Of a DNA stretch of 64,000 nucleotides, positions 10,929 through 23,544 are shown piece after piece (the stretch's first letter is position 1; every line of letters starts with the position of its first letter). The notes below the pieces were generated by a model. It made no database searches and was not told the DNA's origin. It saw only the letters and a program-made list of their open reading frames with translations. Source of the stretch: Giardia intestinalis. Taxonomy: Eukaryota. The translations under genes and the position numbers were made by a program. The stretch is from the NCBI GenBank assembly GCA_000002435.2, contig CM018789.1, one strand, 5' to 3'.

Positions 10929-13900
10929 ATGCTGTACCGCAGACTATCTACTCGTGCAGACCGGGGCTATACCGTACTAGTAGCCCTACTCGGACGAGGG
11001 GCGTCACTCTCAATCCAATATTCAGATATAAGCACTTGTGTACACTCCTAACCAGTATGCTAGTCATAATAGTAGCTGTCTGATTACCAATATGATGCGC
11101 CAATTGACTGTATAAGCGGGGGTTACACTTGCTGCTCTGATAGCGGTTATAGACAGGATGCTCCGACAGATACACGTCTAGCAGGCTTGATTATCCAGCA
11201 TACTGAGACTCCAGGATACAGAGCAGACCCATACAGAGACACGCCCACTACGTGCTATGTGCTGTGTTGCCGGATCCCCTGCCTGTGGATATGGCCCACG
11301 ACTTCACGAGTAAACCCACGGAACTTTGGCTATGTCTGAAAATAGAGGCATGCCTTTATGAAAAAGTTGGTTGTTATTACATTGTGGGCCTGTTCTCCTG
11401 TCCCCGTCACTGTGGTGGGGCTCCTTATTAACGACTCCCGCCGGCTAGAAGCAGATCGCACCGGGTGACGGGTCCAGTCCATCCCACAGGTCAGCTCGTC
11501 GGTACTCATTTCGTGGTACGTGTACGCGTTGACTGCTCGGCTACCTAGCTTGTAATGACGATACTGAAGGGGAGCTCAACTCTAACAGAAGCTTTCTCTG
11601 TCTCTGGGCCAGATGAGCAGCACAAGGATTGCCAGCCGGCTCAACCTCAAGGCGGCGTAACATCTCCTAAGCACACCCCTTGTAGTTGTAGCAGAATACA
11701 CGAGAAACGAGAAAACCCGGGAGACTATATCCTCACAAGGGGATGCACTAGCCAGTGGCTTGCACAAGGCCCATTCGTTTTGCAAACTAGCAGATCATTA
11801 CTCAGGGGCACACAGGGTTGTGAAGTCACTAATATCCCTTTGACTAACTGCAAAAACTACTGGCGCCTCTCTACGCCACGGTAGGGGTTAGCAGGTCTGT
11901 GGAGGGCGCGAGACTTAGCTATCTGCGTTTAGACGAGATCCGATCCTTGCTTTGTGTCGCCTAAGAAGTCAGGGCTCTACTCGACGGCAGACATAGTTTA
12001 GAGACTAATCGACACACTAGAAACGACAGATGTAAAAAGTTTGCAATATGACAAGTGGTATGGATCGCGACACAGCCTTTCTCTGCCTTGGACAGGCGCG
12101 TCTGGGAGTAGGACAGGCGCGGACATCTTGCCATGGCCTAGCTGGCGGGTGCCTGGGCATGTTCAGTGATATAGACTACTCTCGCAGTGTGTGTAGATGC
12201 GTCGGTACTGCGTAAGAGTGGCGCATAAAGACGGTAATTTGCTATGAAAATCCGCCAATCCATCCACTGTAATAAGCACGGGCTAGTTGAAGATCTGCTG
12301 GACCATCTTTACAGGCACCGCCTTCAGCAAGTGGCCTTTTCTGGACCAAGAGCGTGACAGGCCCTTTGTCCTTGGCCCCTTCTGTCCGCCTGCAGCGCTT
12401 TCGTGACCCGGCTAAGGGGAGCAAGCTGTACACCCTTTACCAGGGAGCGATGAGCTGAGCATCAGACAGTCAACTGTAGATGTTTCTGTAGCCCTTGTTC
12501 TCATTACTCTGTAGAGGGTTACCACACACCTTTTCTACTCTGTGCAGGATGGCGCTCCGGCGCACATGAGGTAGCATGGAGATGCACCAGAACAACTGGC
12601 AGTCTTCGAAGCGTAGTGCTAACCAGTCAACGCTGCTGTCTATTCTGGCCTTCCACAATGGAGAAGGGGCCAGAGCAGAGCCAAGGGAAGCTAACCTTTG
12701 ACCCTTTGCCCTGGCGTCGGCAACCAGAAGGACCAACAAGGGAGCGCCCTACTGAGCTCTTAGGCATATTAATGTGAAGGAATATCTGGACCGCTGATTT
12801 GGGTGGACGGCTAGATGAGCCCTCGGAACCAAGTTGCATCATGCATCAGGGTGTGCGGCGGCAGGCTGATAAGACTCGGGGCAAGCATGCGCAACAAAAA
12901 CCTCGAAGGCTTAAACGGCATAGACCCTGACACACGATAATGCCCTACTTTATCTTTTGGCTTTTCGGGCCTCGGAGAGATAGCGACAGGATAGCAGTCA
13001 GCCACATGCCTTTCATAGATACATACTGCAGTACTTACAAGTGTCTGATCCTAACATTTAGTGGCCTATCACTCGAGCGGACGCCAGCCCCTGTCTCCAT
13101 GGTACCTACACTAATGAGCCCTTCTCCGAGCATAGTAGTAGTGATGATTTCATCGATGCCTTGCTACTGTGTGCACTTCTACAGCTCTTAAGGAGATGAC
13201 AGCCGCTGAATGTACGCATCCATATTACCTCTACACACTGTTCTTCAAGGCTCATCTGCACTCTTTGGGCTCCTACTCATCCCTTGGCCCTTTGGTCTGC
13301 AATTGCTTGTCTCGTGGTTATTCGAATCTTTATTGTCTGCTACGGCGATCTTGGATTGCCGCATACATTGCACGCCTGACAGATTCCTTTAGGATTGACA
13401 ACGCAAGGCTCTGGCTCCTAGATCGTAAGTAGGCACGATCATTGATTACCTGTGTGGATGCTAGCTCGTACCATCGCAGCTGCTTCTGTAATGAATTACC
13501 TCGGGCGGTGGATCGACAGCATTGACGCACAGCTCACTGTGCCACTGTGCACTTTGTAATCTCATGGTGGCTAATATTTAATGTTAGAGGATCTCCAAGT
13601 CAGATACAAGACGATGATTTTGTAGTGCCGTAGTGTCGTTCGGATGCAACAGAGCGCAAAGGCCAGCCCATATCGAGGTCGAGACCGAGAGCAATCAAAT
13701 AGCAGCCAGGAGATTCACTGCGCATTCCTGTCGCCTTTTGCCAAGATGGAGTGCCAAGTGGGCCCACGAACAGGGGCTGTCGGACTGTTCTTTGCTCGCT
13801 GCCCTCTAGTTAGCCCTAGGCTTCAAGGTTCGGGGTATTCTTCTGCCATATGAGATTCAGCATGTAACTTAGAGCACTCTGTTACTGGCCGAGTGTTCAG

Positions 13901-14652
13901 GGTCTTGTTGTACCGCGATATCCAGGATCTCAGGACATACGTCCAGGAGTGAGGACCCGAGTAATAATGGCAGGCTGAGTAAGAACAGACTTCACCCGCA
14001 CATTGGGCGCCGACAGCTTGCCGGTTCCTCAAAGGAAATTTATCAGCTATCCAGTACACAATCGTCCATTCGCACTCTGGGGAACGCAGCATTCTGTTTG
14101 GTTGTTCACCATAGGGTCGGTTGTATGGAGCCCATGATCAGCAGGCGGATGAGCCTCCTCATCATCCTGGCTAGCTAGGGACGATTCTTTGGCGCTAAAG
14201 GTCACAAAGGGACGAACGAGTGCCAGCGAGCAAGAACATCAGAATGTGCTACAGCTGCTTTTATGGGACTCGTACCCTCAAGAAGGTATACTTATCTCTG
14301 CTCTGACCTACCAAGCTAGATCATGGCCACTGTGCCTCTTGGGATACGACACGTTACAGCACTTGCGTACCCAGATGATGCTGCACAAAAAGTTGTATTA
14401 TCGACTGATGCCTCGCGTTGGTCATTCATCAAGCCCGGGGGCCATGGAGAGGGCCACACCACCAGCGAGGTCTAGTCCCATCAAACCTTCTTGTTACATG
14501 ATACAGAGTGCAGCGAACAGGGGAGTAGGAACCTCTCAGGATTGTGGCACTTAGGGTTCTACCGCCCAGCCGTGCCACATGGATGTCAAGGGTCAGCCAC
14601 AATCACTCCGCTTAAGGATTTATTTTTGTACTTCTCATTGACTACAGACACA

Positions 14653-15862
14653 ATGCCATGCAACATAGACCTCAGATACCGTATCTTACTCCTCGTTGCA
14701 GCGATGATGACGGCAGGCGCCCTTGGTATTCTTCAGAAAGGTCTCATACTATATGAAGGGCAAGAATGTCGAAGGCCAGCTGGAGCTGTACGACAAGGTG
14801 TGGATTCCAGCCTTTTTCATGTTCCTTGGTGAGAGTATCGGCCTGGGAGTTTTCTGCATAAAGCGGTGCGTCATTAAAAGGAGCATCTCCAAATCGTCTC
14901 CTGATATGGCTGCCGATAGTGCAACGAACTTCGAGCAAGAGAATAGCACAGCCCTCAAGACATCATGCACACATCTGTCTATGCAGAGGCAGCTCCCTCC
15001 GCAGATCGCTCGAAAGAAAGCAAGGAAGCTTATGGTGGGTCCACTGCCTTGTTGGAAGTTCGTGCTTGCGACGGCCTTCAACACTGCTATGCTATACATC
15101 TCGGTGTCTGCGGCCCAAAGCCTTCGGGGGTTCACCATCGTCTTTTGCCAGATCCTTGCAATCCCCCTGTTAAAAAGGAGACCGGAGAGGTGGGAGATCA
15201 TGGGTGTTTGCTTTGCGTTTCTAGGACTTCTCCTAGTAGACGTCGCCATTGCGATCCAGAAGCGGGAGCACGGAGACACCCTCGAGACTACCATAGGGGT
15301 CCTGCTCGTCGTCGGCGGACAGATCTTCTCTGCCACGCAATACCTTCTAGAAGAGAAGACCTTCAAGAGCCGGGCCATAGACTCTCTGCTAGGTGTTGGC
15401 TGGGAGGGTGTCTGTGGCGTGATCCTGTCGCTGTGCGTTGCGTGCCCGCTGGCACACGTGATGCCTGGCAGCGACCACGGGAGCCTGGAGAACTATGCCA
15501 ACTCGCTGTACATGTCCTTTGTCAACGGAAACATACTAGCCATGAATCTCCTATATGCGCTATCCATTCTACTCTTTAAATGGTCCGGGCTGGTTGTCGG
15601 GAAGATTCTTACTTCAACCCATCTGTCTCTATTTGATAACTTGAGATCACTGCTGATATGGGCCATCATGGTCATAGTATACTACTCGACGAGGCACTAC
15701 AGTCGCCCATATGGAGAGCCCCTCACTCCGTATTCGCTTCTGGAGCTGCTGGGGTTCGGTGTACTAGTCTTGGGCATCGTGGTCCACAACAATGTTCGTG
15801 GACTCGGCGTAAGGGCCACTTGCAGGGGTGAGCGGAGGATAACGCCGGGCTCCCCCAAATAA
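14653..15862 (+). CDS. SLC35F6-like (DMT/EamA superfamily) multi-pass transporter; reading frame interrupted by an apparent +1 frameshift near 14745-14755
   Basis: Matches human SLC35F6 segment by segment: VWIPAFFMFLGESIGLGVF~FQHPFLQAVGMFLGEFSCLAAF; QSLRGFTIVFCQILAIPLLKRRP~QMLRGAVIIFTGLFSVAFLGRRL; EKTFKSRAIDSLLGVGWEGVCGVILSL~EKFVYKHNVHPLRAVGTEGLFGFVILSL; FDNLRSLLIWAI~LDSLRTVVIWAL. TM1 (MPCNIDLRYRILLLVAAMMTAGALGILQKGLILY) is encoded from ATG 14653 in frame 1, and the rest in frame 2. The ORF-track start at 14723 is a TTG; the first in-frame ATG of the long frame is 14753. Confidence 0.55.
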
Positions 15863-17140
15863 CAGCCTGGCTGGAGTGACCGGGCCACTGACTATTGTAA
15901 TCCTGTCTTCGCACAGCGACGTGCCCCGTACTGTGCATATTGTCATAAAGCGGGGAGGGCCATCCTCCTGACCCAGTAAATTATGGGAAGCCCAATTGAA
16001 ACCTGAAGCGTCGAGTGGCCTGATCGAGACAGTGACCATTCCTAGAGCTGTATTTGTGTTTCCTATCTTTTACTAGATTGGTATGCATCAGTCTGGAGCA
16101 TTAACATCTGTAGGGAATATAGTTGTCGTGCCATGGTCATTGAAGGTAGCGGCTACACGGTCCGTCAGGCAATATGCAGTACACCATATGCCCCTATGTG
16201 ACCTGCAGCGATGCGTGAGCCTGCGTATGGTGAGTCACTCTCCCATAGACTGCCTCCAGGCCGTGCTTCATCTTCTATCTGGCTGGACACCTAATTAGTC
16301 ACCCTACATTCGCTGACTGACATGTATGGCCTCTAGTCTGACTGCTGGAGCTACTTGTCTTGGTCTTGAGCTCTGCATTGAACTTCTCTGACAGGTAAGG
16401 CACAGACAGACGACCATGCCATGCCCGTAGCCTTCTCTCATGCAGCCAAGGCTCTGCATCCGATGGCCAGACCTTAACGGCCATCTACCGAGCTCGGGCA
16501 CATCCTAGGTCCAGCACAGCACTAGGCGTTACTGGCAGGAGTACCTTGTATCTCACAACTTTACTGATGTCCGTTATAGATTATACTAATGGGCCCTCAT
16601 ACTCCCAGTTTACAACTAGAGCATATAGAGTCCTGCAGTTACCGTCTCAACTGAGTACTACGTCCCTCGTAGATAGTAGCGGCATTAAGGCTGGACGCCA
16701 GAGCTGGCCCCAGACAGCTGAGTTAGCAAGGACACGTTACCATGGAACGGTGCGTTAGAGGTTGCCTATGTGGTGCCTGTTCAGTCTGAGCGTAGGCGTC
16801 AGGGGATTTCGCATCTGGTCTGTTGAGGTCCAGCCCTCTGCAATCTCGGGTAGACTCTAGGTGGTACCTCCCCTATGACATGTCTGGTGGGCGAGGGATA
16901 AGGGCACTGCTGGCCTTTCCAGGTGTTCCCATCTGTCTCGGTTGCAGCCATTGGTGGCCCTGGTCATACGGGCCCGTCCATGATCAAAAGCACACTGACA
17001 GAAGGCAGTCGCTCTGAGTGGCCTCGTCGGGTGCTCACTCCCTATAGGTGGCGTAAGGCCATGGACAGAGGACTCCTCGAGGTGCTTCTTGGACTTGGGG
17101 TGGAGGGATCCGTCTGTCTCGTCCTTGTACTTCTTGACCT

Positions 17141-17242
17141 TCTCGCTGTGGTATCCATGCGGTTGCTGGATGACACCCACGCCCACCGCCTTGCATCTGT
17201 CGACGAGCCAGATGTCGGGCTTCTGGTTCTGGTTCTGGTCGC
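17141..17242 (-). repeat. 96-bp dispersed repeat, copy B (102 bp including a CCAGAA hexamer expansion)
   Basis: Reverse-complement identity to 4284-4379. An additional weaker match (aagttcaaYgcagagct, encoding KFNAEL) lies contiguous in copy A (about 4240) but about 750 bp away in copy B (about 16380). Confidence 0.9.
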
Positions 17243-17494
17243 CGGGCTGGTCTGATCTCTGGCCCATGTTGCATTCCCCGAGACACAGAGGCAACGATTG
17301 CACGGGGCCCCTAGTTGTCGCTTTGCACCAGTGGAAGGGAGCCCCTGCTTGCCGTCTACGATCATCCCATCCTCAGAGAGCCTGGCCTGGGCGGGCTCTG
17401 AGTGCGCCTCAGGCGGGCCCAGCAGCACAGCCCTAGAGGTGGCCGGGTGGAGTGAATCATCGTGGGATGCACGTAAGGAGCGCACAGGTCCGGG

Positions 17495-20400
17495 GCGCCC
17501 GAACAGGCCCAGCCCTCGCACCGGCTCCCCCGGTCGCCTCAGTCGCGGCGCTAACAGGAAGACGCGTGTCCTGTTCGACGACCCGGCACACGGACCGACG
17601 GCCGGCGGACCGCATGGCAAGGTGGAATAAAAAGTTTGAAACGTCGGCGCTCGCGCGAATCGGAATGCGGCGTTCTCCGGGCTGGGAGGCCGTGCGTGCG
17701 GGCATTACCTCTAGCATGTTCCTCACCACGGTCCCAGGCTGATGGGCGGCCGAGGCCTTGTCAGCGTCACGCACGCCTCTTGCCGGCATTGGGCCGCCCG
17801 GGATCGTACATAGGCAGGGCTGCAGAGGCCTTCCGCGGCTCCTGCGGGCAGTCGCCTGCTGCGGAGAGCACGCCCAGCTTGGGAGCTCCTCAGGATCACC
17901 GTGCAGGTCATCGAGACCGGTTCGACGGGCCCACGTTGAAGGAGGCGCATGGGCCGGTGAGCGTGCCGTCTTTGCAGGCAGGCTCTCGCTGGCCGGGTGG
18001 CGGGGCTCTCCTGTATCTCCGCCGGAGGACGCCCTATCTACTGGCAGCATTTCCACAGTTGCAACGCTACAGGGGCGGGCTGCAGCTCTTCCGCAGGACC
18101 TCGTCGGACGGGCAGTTGGCGTACTCTCACGTGCACTCGCAGGAGCTCCCCGCCCTCGTAGAATAGCACCCCGCGCGCCCCAAAAAGCCAAATCGAAATG
18201 CAGCAGGTGCAGTCGACTCTTCTCGGGTTGTGGCGCTGATCCAATCAGACGCCGCGGCACGCCCCGAGCAGGCCTCGTCCAGCAGCGGGTGCTCTAGCCG
18301 CGCCCCTGAGGCAAGTCTGCTTCTGACCCCGTCCCTGTGCCGACCCCAGCGAGCCCCCGACGGCGCTGGAGAAGGAGCGCCTTGCGGAGCCCCTTACTGG
18401 CCCCTCGGTGCAGGAGGATCCCCGGATTACCGATTTGCGTGCGGCAGCCGGCGGGGCGCCCCGGGCCATCCTTACATCTACATGTCCAGCGAGTGCCGCA
18501 GCGGGCCGAGATGAAGCCGCGGGCGCCGATGCCGGGGCGCTGGCCACGGAGGCTGCAGCGTTAGTAGCCAGGCGAACCCCTTGGTTCGCGTTTTAGTTTT
18601 TGGGGTCCCAAGTTAGCGCCCCCGGAGCAGCACCGGCTGTACACTGTTCACTGCACTCGGTCGGCCGGATGGTGTAGCAGCTACGGCTACTCTAATTACG
18701 GCGCTTGATGTGTTTACTGCTGGGGGGTGCTGCTCTCCGTTCTACGGGGTGGCAGGAGTGCTCCCGCGTGCAGGTAGTACCAGTGGACGCCCCTCAGCTG
18801 CCGGGCCGGAGCGGCTCTTGGATGGGTGGACCTATCCTCCTCCGTGCGGCCGTCCCTCGGGCCTAGTAGACGTGCCTTGCTGTGTCCCGCAGCCCGGATC
18901 CTTGCCTTCAGACGCCAGCACGGAACTCTCTAAATTTGTCCTCCTGTGACATCCTATGCTGCCATGCACACTTCGTTTCTAGCAGGCCCTTAAGGTTGCA
19001 GCCCAGGACTACCGGCCCCCACATCATCAGATATGGTTGCTGACTGCGGCCGCCTACGCAGTCGCAGCTGGTTCCGCACTGGCCCTGTATCGGTAGCCTT
19101 GGCCTGCATCGCCGGTGTGCGGCCCACTTCGCTCTGCGGGTGTACCACGTATAGTTACCAGCCTCGTGATGTGGTGCACCGCTGGGGCAGATCCTAGCGG
19201 CAGTAATCCTGCAGCCCCATGTGGTCGTCTGGCAGTGGATGCGAAGGTTTGCAGGCGGGAGCGGAAGGTCGGGATGCTCTTGCCCACGTCACCGGGCGCC
19301 GTGGTCAAGGGCTCCGAAGACATGCCCAGCCCTCCGCTGGACGAGGATCGATGGGCCGCTCAGAGCCCCGCAAGCTGCGTCCAGGCTGGTATTAGGTGGC
19401 CCAATGACGTGGCGACGGGAGTTGTGAGGCGAGACCGCCACACGCCGAGCGTCGGGCCATTGCTACACCGACTCCCCAAAGGGACACACTCAGCCCGGGG
19501 CCGGATGTCCGCTTGTGTCCCAGAGTGAGCGCCTTGCATGCTTGCCGCGAGCAGCTATCTAGGGCTCGAGGTTAGCGGGCGGGCTCCAGCTATCGCCCCC
19601 TCATTGTCTCGGCCACCGGGACAGAACTCCCTTCTCCGGAGACGTGATCCTCGGGCCTGTGTGGCTCCCCTTCTTTGGAACGGGCTGGCTGTAGCCCTTC
19701 CGTATCATAGCCAGTGCTCTCTGAGGCCCTGATGACGCGCGGCTGTGTCTTGCACGTGTCGCTACAGTGGGACCCGCGCCTGTCCGTCCTTGCGTCGCCT
19801 ACGGTGTAACCAGGGGCGACCCGGGCACGCTCCTATCGGCACATGGCGCCCTCCGCTGTGCTGGCTCCTGACGGCAGCCCACTCTACCGGGTCTGGTACT
19901 GCAAGGACCACCTATAGTGGGGGCAGGCGGGTGCGTCTACGCATCACCTCTGCGCTGTAGACAGTAGACGGCACGCCATCAGTTAGCACAAGATCCGGTC
20001 CGCGTCTTCTCCGGCTCTGTATCCATCGGGCTATGCTAACCATTACTATAGCCGCCCTATGACAGAACTAGGCCTTGCTTCGCAGAAATCCAAAAACAGG
20101 GGTCGTAGATCGGGCGGCGCGGGTCGCCCTCGGGCTAATCCACTGCCGCGGCACGGCCACTGCGGGCCCGTCCAGGTGGCCATGGAGCTGGGGGCGGCCT
20201 CGGTCGAGGATCATCGCTCGACGCGCCTCTCCTGCAGCGGCCAGGGCGTCCCGGCCGGTCTCGGGCGACGAGGACGCTATTGAGGCACGGAGAAGTACGG
20301 TGGCCCACAGGATTCGGCGGGGGGCCGGATCGCGCAGAGCTGGTTGAGGAGACTAGAGCGCCAGCCAGGCCGGGGCGCCGCCGGGGAGGCTGATATGGGT

Positions 20401-20722
20401 TTAGGTTACAGCGGGGGCATCTGGGCCGTCGTCTGCTGGCTCCAGGGCAGAAGAGCGGTAGACATGCCGGGCGGTCCCGCTGCTTATTTTTGGATTTTCT
20501 ACTCTTTCACGCTGCATAGAAGGGGTGAGATCTTAGGAAAAACCGGGCTTTGAGGGTCTACTGGCATCGTGAAAGAGCAGTAGGCTGTACAGTGACGCGT
20601 TTACTACCTAAGTGGATGCCACTTACGCCTTCCCCCGACAGATGAACCACCAGCAGAGGAACCCTATGAGGCCCCCGACGACGACGATGGCTGCGACGGA
20701 GATCCCCGCGATGGCGCCAGTG
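17495..20722. repeat. Left arm of a 3.2-kb-arm inverted repeat (partner 25515-28742); symmetry x <-> 46237-x
   Basis: ORF-track entries are mirrored with a constant coordinate sum of 46237 (e.g. 20344-20553+ vs 25684-25893-; 18230-18514+ vs 27723-28007-). The arms are indel-free from about 17640 to 20620, with only a few amino-acid substitutions visible (E/K; PSR/TFR; A/T, P/H, V/M). The arm is about 68% GC with no recognisable gene. The inner end overlaps the last ~35 codons (~100 nt of conserved tail) of the VSP CDS. Confidence 0.9.
20599..20622 (-). promoter_or_regulatory. Conserved VSP 3' end / extended polyadenylation signal, mirror copy for the minus-strand VSP
   Basis: Exact reverse complement of 25615-25638 (the two positions sum to 46237). 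Confidence 0.75.
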
Positions 20723-22266
20723 CTGAGGCCGCTCTTGTTCATACTGTCTCCTCCAGTGTCTCCGCCGGTGCCATCGTCAGTCTTTTGTTGTGTCAAATAA
20801 CAAGTAACAGCCCCGGAAGAACTGGCTGGCTCCTTGCAGCTCAGACAGTTTGGTACGCCTTTAATGCTTCCATCATCCTTGTCGCATGCTACGCACTTTG
20901 TTCCGGACTTATAGTATCCCGGGAAGCACTCCGAACACTGCTGTGAAGGAGCACTTCCTGTACATTTTGAGCAGCCAGCTGGACATGTCGGACAGACCTT
21001 TCCACTGGGCTGTTGTCCGTTCGCGCAAGTAGTGCACTCTCCATTGTTAGCTGCCGTGCAGACAGCCTTTCCAGGAAGCTTCGCCACACCATAGCATCCA
21101 CCAGAAATGAGGGCGTATGCTCCTGTGCACGCCGTGCACTTCCCGCTTGCAGCTGTGCATACACTCGCGTCTCTCCCAATTTTTACTGCTGTGCACACTC
21201 CGTCGATTGGGGCATATCCCTCCTTGCACTGGGCACAGTACTTCGCGCCCCCCACGTCAGCCGTGCACTGCCCGTCTGCACAGTTGGTAATGAACGCACC
21301 AGTGCATTCCTTGACGCACCTCCCAGTCGCTCCGTTGGCCTCATACAGAAGGGAGTGTCCAGGGTAGCAGGCCGTGCAGGAGGTCTCCTTGTCGTCGGTC
21401 TGGCAGCTGGCACACGACGAGTGGCAGGGGGTGCAGACGTTTTGCTTGTCGTATGTCCCGGCGGGGCAGTTGTCCATGCACTCGTCCTTGAGGGGGCTGA
21501 CCTTCTTACTAGCATGACACTTAGAGCAGGTGACCTTGACTCCTGCTTCAGGAGCAGGTGCTCTAGGTATGCATAGTTCGCAGTCTTCTATGCCACCGCT
21601 TCCAGCTTCACTACAGCCAGCACACTTCTTAACACCGTCGACGATTGTCGGGAAGAAGCCCTCGCCGCATCCTGATTCCGCGACGCACTCCATAACGCCT
21701 CTATCTATTTTCAAGTAGAGGTCTGCGGCACATTTGGTGCATATGGCGGCCTTAGTGCCACCAATTGATAGTTGCCCTGGCTGAGTACAGGTGACGCACT
21801 CGGCCACGCCCGTGTACTTCTTATCGCCAGTAAGCGTCACGCCCGTTGTATCCCCGCACGAAACAACCGAGTCGTGTGCGTTATCAGTGCCCGGCGGCAG
21901 GAAGTATCCTTCCTTAGCCTGTGTGCACACTCCAGCATTTGCTGTTTCACACATCGTGTTGCCAGGTGCCTGGCTATCCTTGTAGCATCCGCCCTTGTAC
22001 ATGAAGGACTTATTAGCGCACTGTGTGCACTTCCCATCTTGCTTCCGGGTACACTCGTTATTGTCTGCTGAGCACACTCCGTCCGTTGGGGCAGATTGAG
22101 ACCCACCGCCGTTGCACTGCGAGCAGTATTTCTTGCCGTTGACGACGGCGCTACAGGCCTTGCAAGTGTTGGGCTCACTGCTAGCTACCTCTTCGCATTC
22201 GTCTCCGGCTTGCGCTGCCCGTACTAGCTCGAGTGCGAGACCGGTCAGCAAAAATGCATAGAACAT
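20623..22266 (-). CDS. vsp: Variant-specific surface protein (VSP), 547 aa
   Basis: Signal peptide MFYAFLLTGLALELVRAAQA, numerous CXXC motifs, GGCY motif (MYKGGCYKD), and C-terminal TM plus the invariant tail GLIGFLCWWFICRGKA*. The ORF track extends to a TTG at 22293; the first ATG is at 22264-22266. Confidence 0.9.
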   Translation of the reverse strand: MFYAFLLTGLALELVRAAQAGDECEEVASSEPNTCKACSAVVNGKKYCSQCNGGGSQSAPTDGVCSADNNECTRKQDGKCTQCANKSFMYKGGCYKDSQAPGNTMCETANAGVCTQAKEGYFLPPGTDNAHDSVVSCGDTTGVTLTGDKKYTGVAECVTCTQPGQLSIGGTKAAICTKCAADLYLKIDRGVMECVAESGCGEGFFPTIVDGVKKCAGCSEAGSGGIEDCELCIPRAPAPEAGVKVTCSKCHASKKVSPLKDECMDNCPAGTYDKQNVCTPCHSSCASCQTDDKETSCTACYPGHSLLYEANGATGRCVKECTGAFITNCADGQCTADVGGAKYCAQCKEGYAPIDGVCTAVKIGRDASVCTAASGKCTACTGAYALISGGCYGVAKLPGKAVCTAANNGECTTCANGQQPSGKVCPTCPAGCSKCTGSAPSQQCSECFPGYYKSGTKCVACDKDDGSIKGVPNCLSCKEPASSSGAVTCYLTQQKTDDGTGGDTGGDSMNKSGLSTGAIAGISVAAIVVVGGLIGFLCWWFICRGKA

Positions 22267-23544
22267 TGCGGCCCGCGCAGCCCTGTCACGCAAGGTTATG
22301 GCAGCTCCACTTACCGCGCTTATACCCTTTCATGACGCTTGCCTATGCTGTATGACACACTGACAGAGATTACCCTTCATGTGGGCCTGCGTTGAGAGGT
22401 GGGGCCGTGCTGATTCCACCTTCGTGTGACTGGCCGGCTGTGAAACGGACCGATCGATGTAAGCTTCCTCCCTTGTGTTGCAAGGCATACCATAGTAACG
22501 GCTACACGGCGGTCATGTTTCGCTCTTCGCTGTGATGTGAGGGTTTCCTGGCGACCAGCTCTCCTGCTGTGCCAGTCACAAGGTCTGCCAAGGGACTCCT
22601 AGATTCTCCTGAATGCCTGACCAGCGACCCGATGGAGCCAGCCGTGCAATGTCCAGCAGCCCCGAGCCACGGGTCACCAGTGCATGCCTCGAACACTGTC
22701 CCCCCGAGATTCCACTGTTGAAGCCCGGCAGGAGCGATGCCCCGTGGAGGATGGCTACGTTCTATCGCGACGCACTGTGACTGTCCCCCTGCTCAGGGAC
22801 GCCGTCTGTCATACGACCCAACCCGCTTGCACCACAGACTATTGGTGAACCCGCCCCCTGTCGACTCCCACGCACTGAAGGGCCCTACTGACCACTTTAG
22901 AGACCGTCCTTCGCCGGTCGCAGGCCCCTCTAAAGGAACTGGTGCCTCACCTGTTCCTATCTGGGATGGTTCCGCTACGGTGGACAGCCTTCGGGCACGC
23001 AATGATGTCCCAGCACCCCTAAAATGGTGGTTCCCCACTTGACCGGCTCTAGCCAGCCGCACCACAGCGTCTCCCAGACACGAGGGGTACCTCCGCGCAC
23101 TAGAGAAGAGGCAACACTGGGGAGGCTTGATGCTATTCGGGCTGCCCGCTCCCTGCTGGCGAGGGGTAGTAGGGCCGTAGACAAACCAAACCGTTGCTAT
23201 GCCTCTGGTCGGGTGCCCGGTTCCTCGAGTCGTGGCCGAGGGTGATCATCCAGCCGATACGCAGGGCGGCCACTGATACTGCCATCAATGAAATGCTCTT
23301 GTGCGCGAAACTCTCCTAGCAAGGCTAGTCCTCAACTAGCTGGCCAGAGGGCGGGCTACGTGCTATCTGAGAGGATAGCTAAATCTATGTTTTGTCGTAA
23401 CGGGAAGGTTGGCACCGGATCAGCTCTTTGGGTCTTTGGCATCTTTGACGCGATATCTAACAAGTGCGTTACTGAATGGCTACTTAGAGAATAGAGTCAC
23501 TGGTGAAATGTCTGCTTACGCTAGCAGTGCCTCGATGGGCCTCA

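Noticed and set aside
17457-20553. Numerous 60-270-aa ORFs on both strands within the inverted-repeat arms (e.g. 17457-18260 minus, 17636-18166 plus), mirrored in the other arm
   Set aside because: Both strands and multiple frames are open at once, translations are Arg/Pro/Ala/Gly-rich low complexity, and there are no motifs. This is typical of GC-rich non-coding DNA. Mirroring merely reflects the repeat.
21013-21576. ORFs antisense to or embedded in identified genes (e.g. 21013-21576 plus inside VSP, 14749-15378 minus inside the transporter, 62029-62601 minus inside the NEK, 52645-53127 plus inside MLH1)
   Set aside because: Each is fully contained in a longer ORF with strong homology on the opposite strand, and none shows its own domain signature.
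22267-23544. Possible shared or duplicated promoter between the two head-to-head VSP genes
   Set aside because: The 60 bp upstream of each ATG show no similarity to each other, and the inverted-repeat symmetry does not extend into this 1.28-kb spacer.
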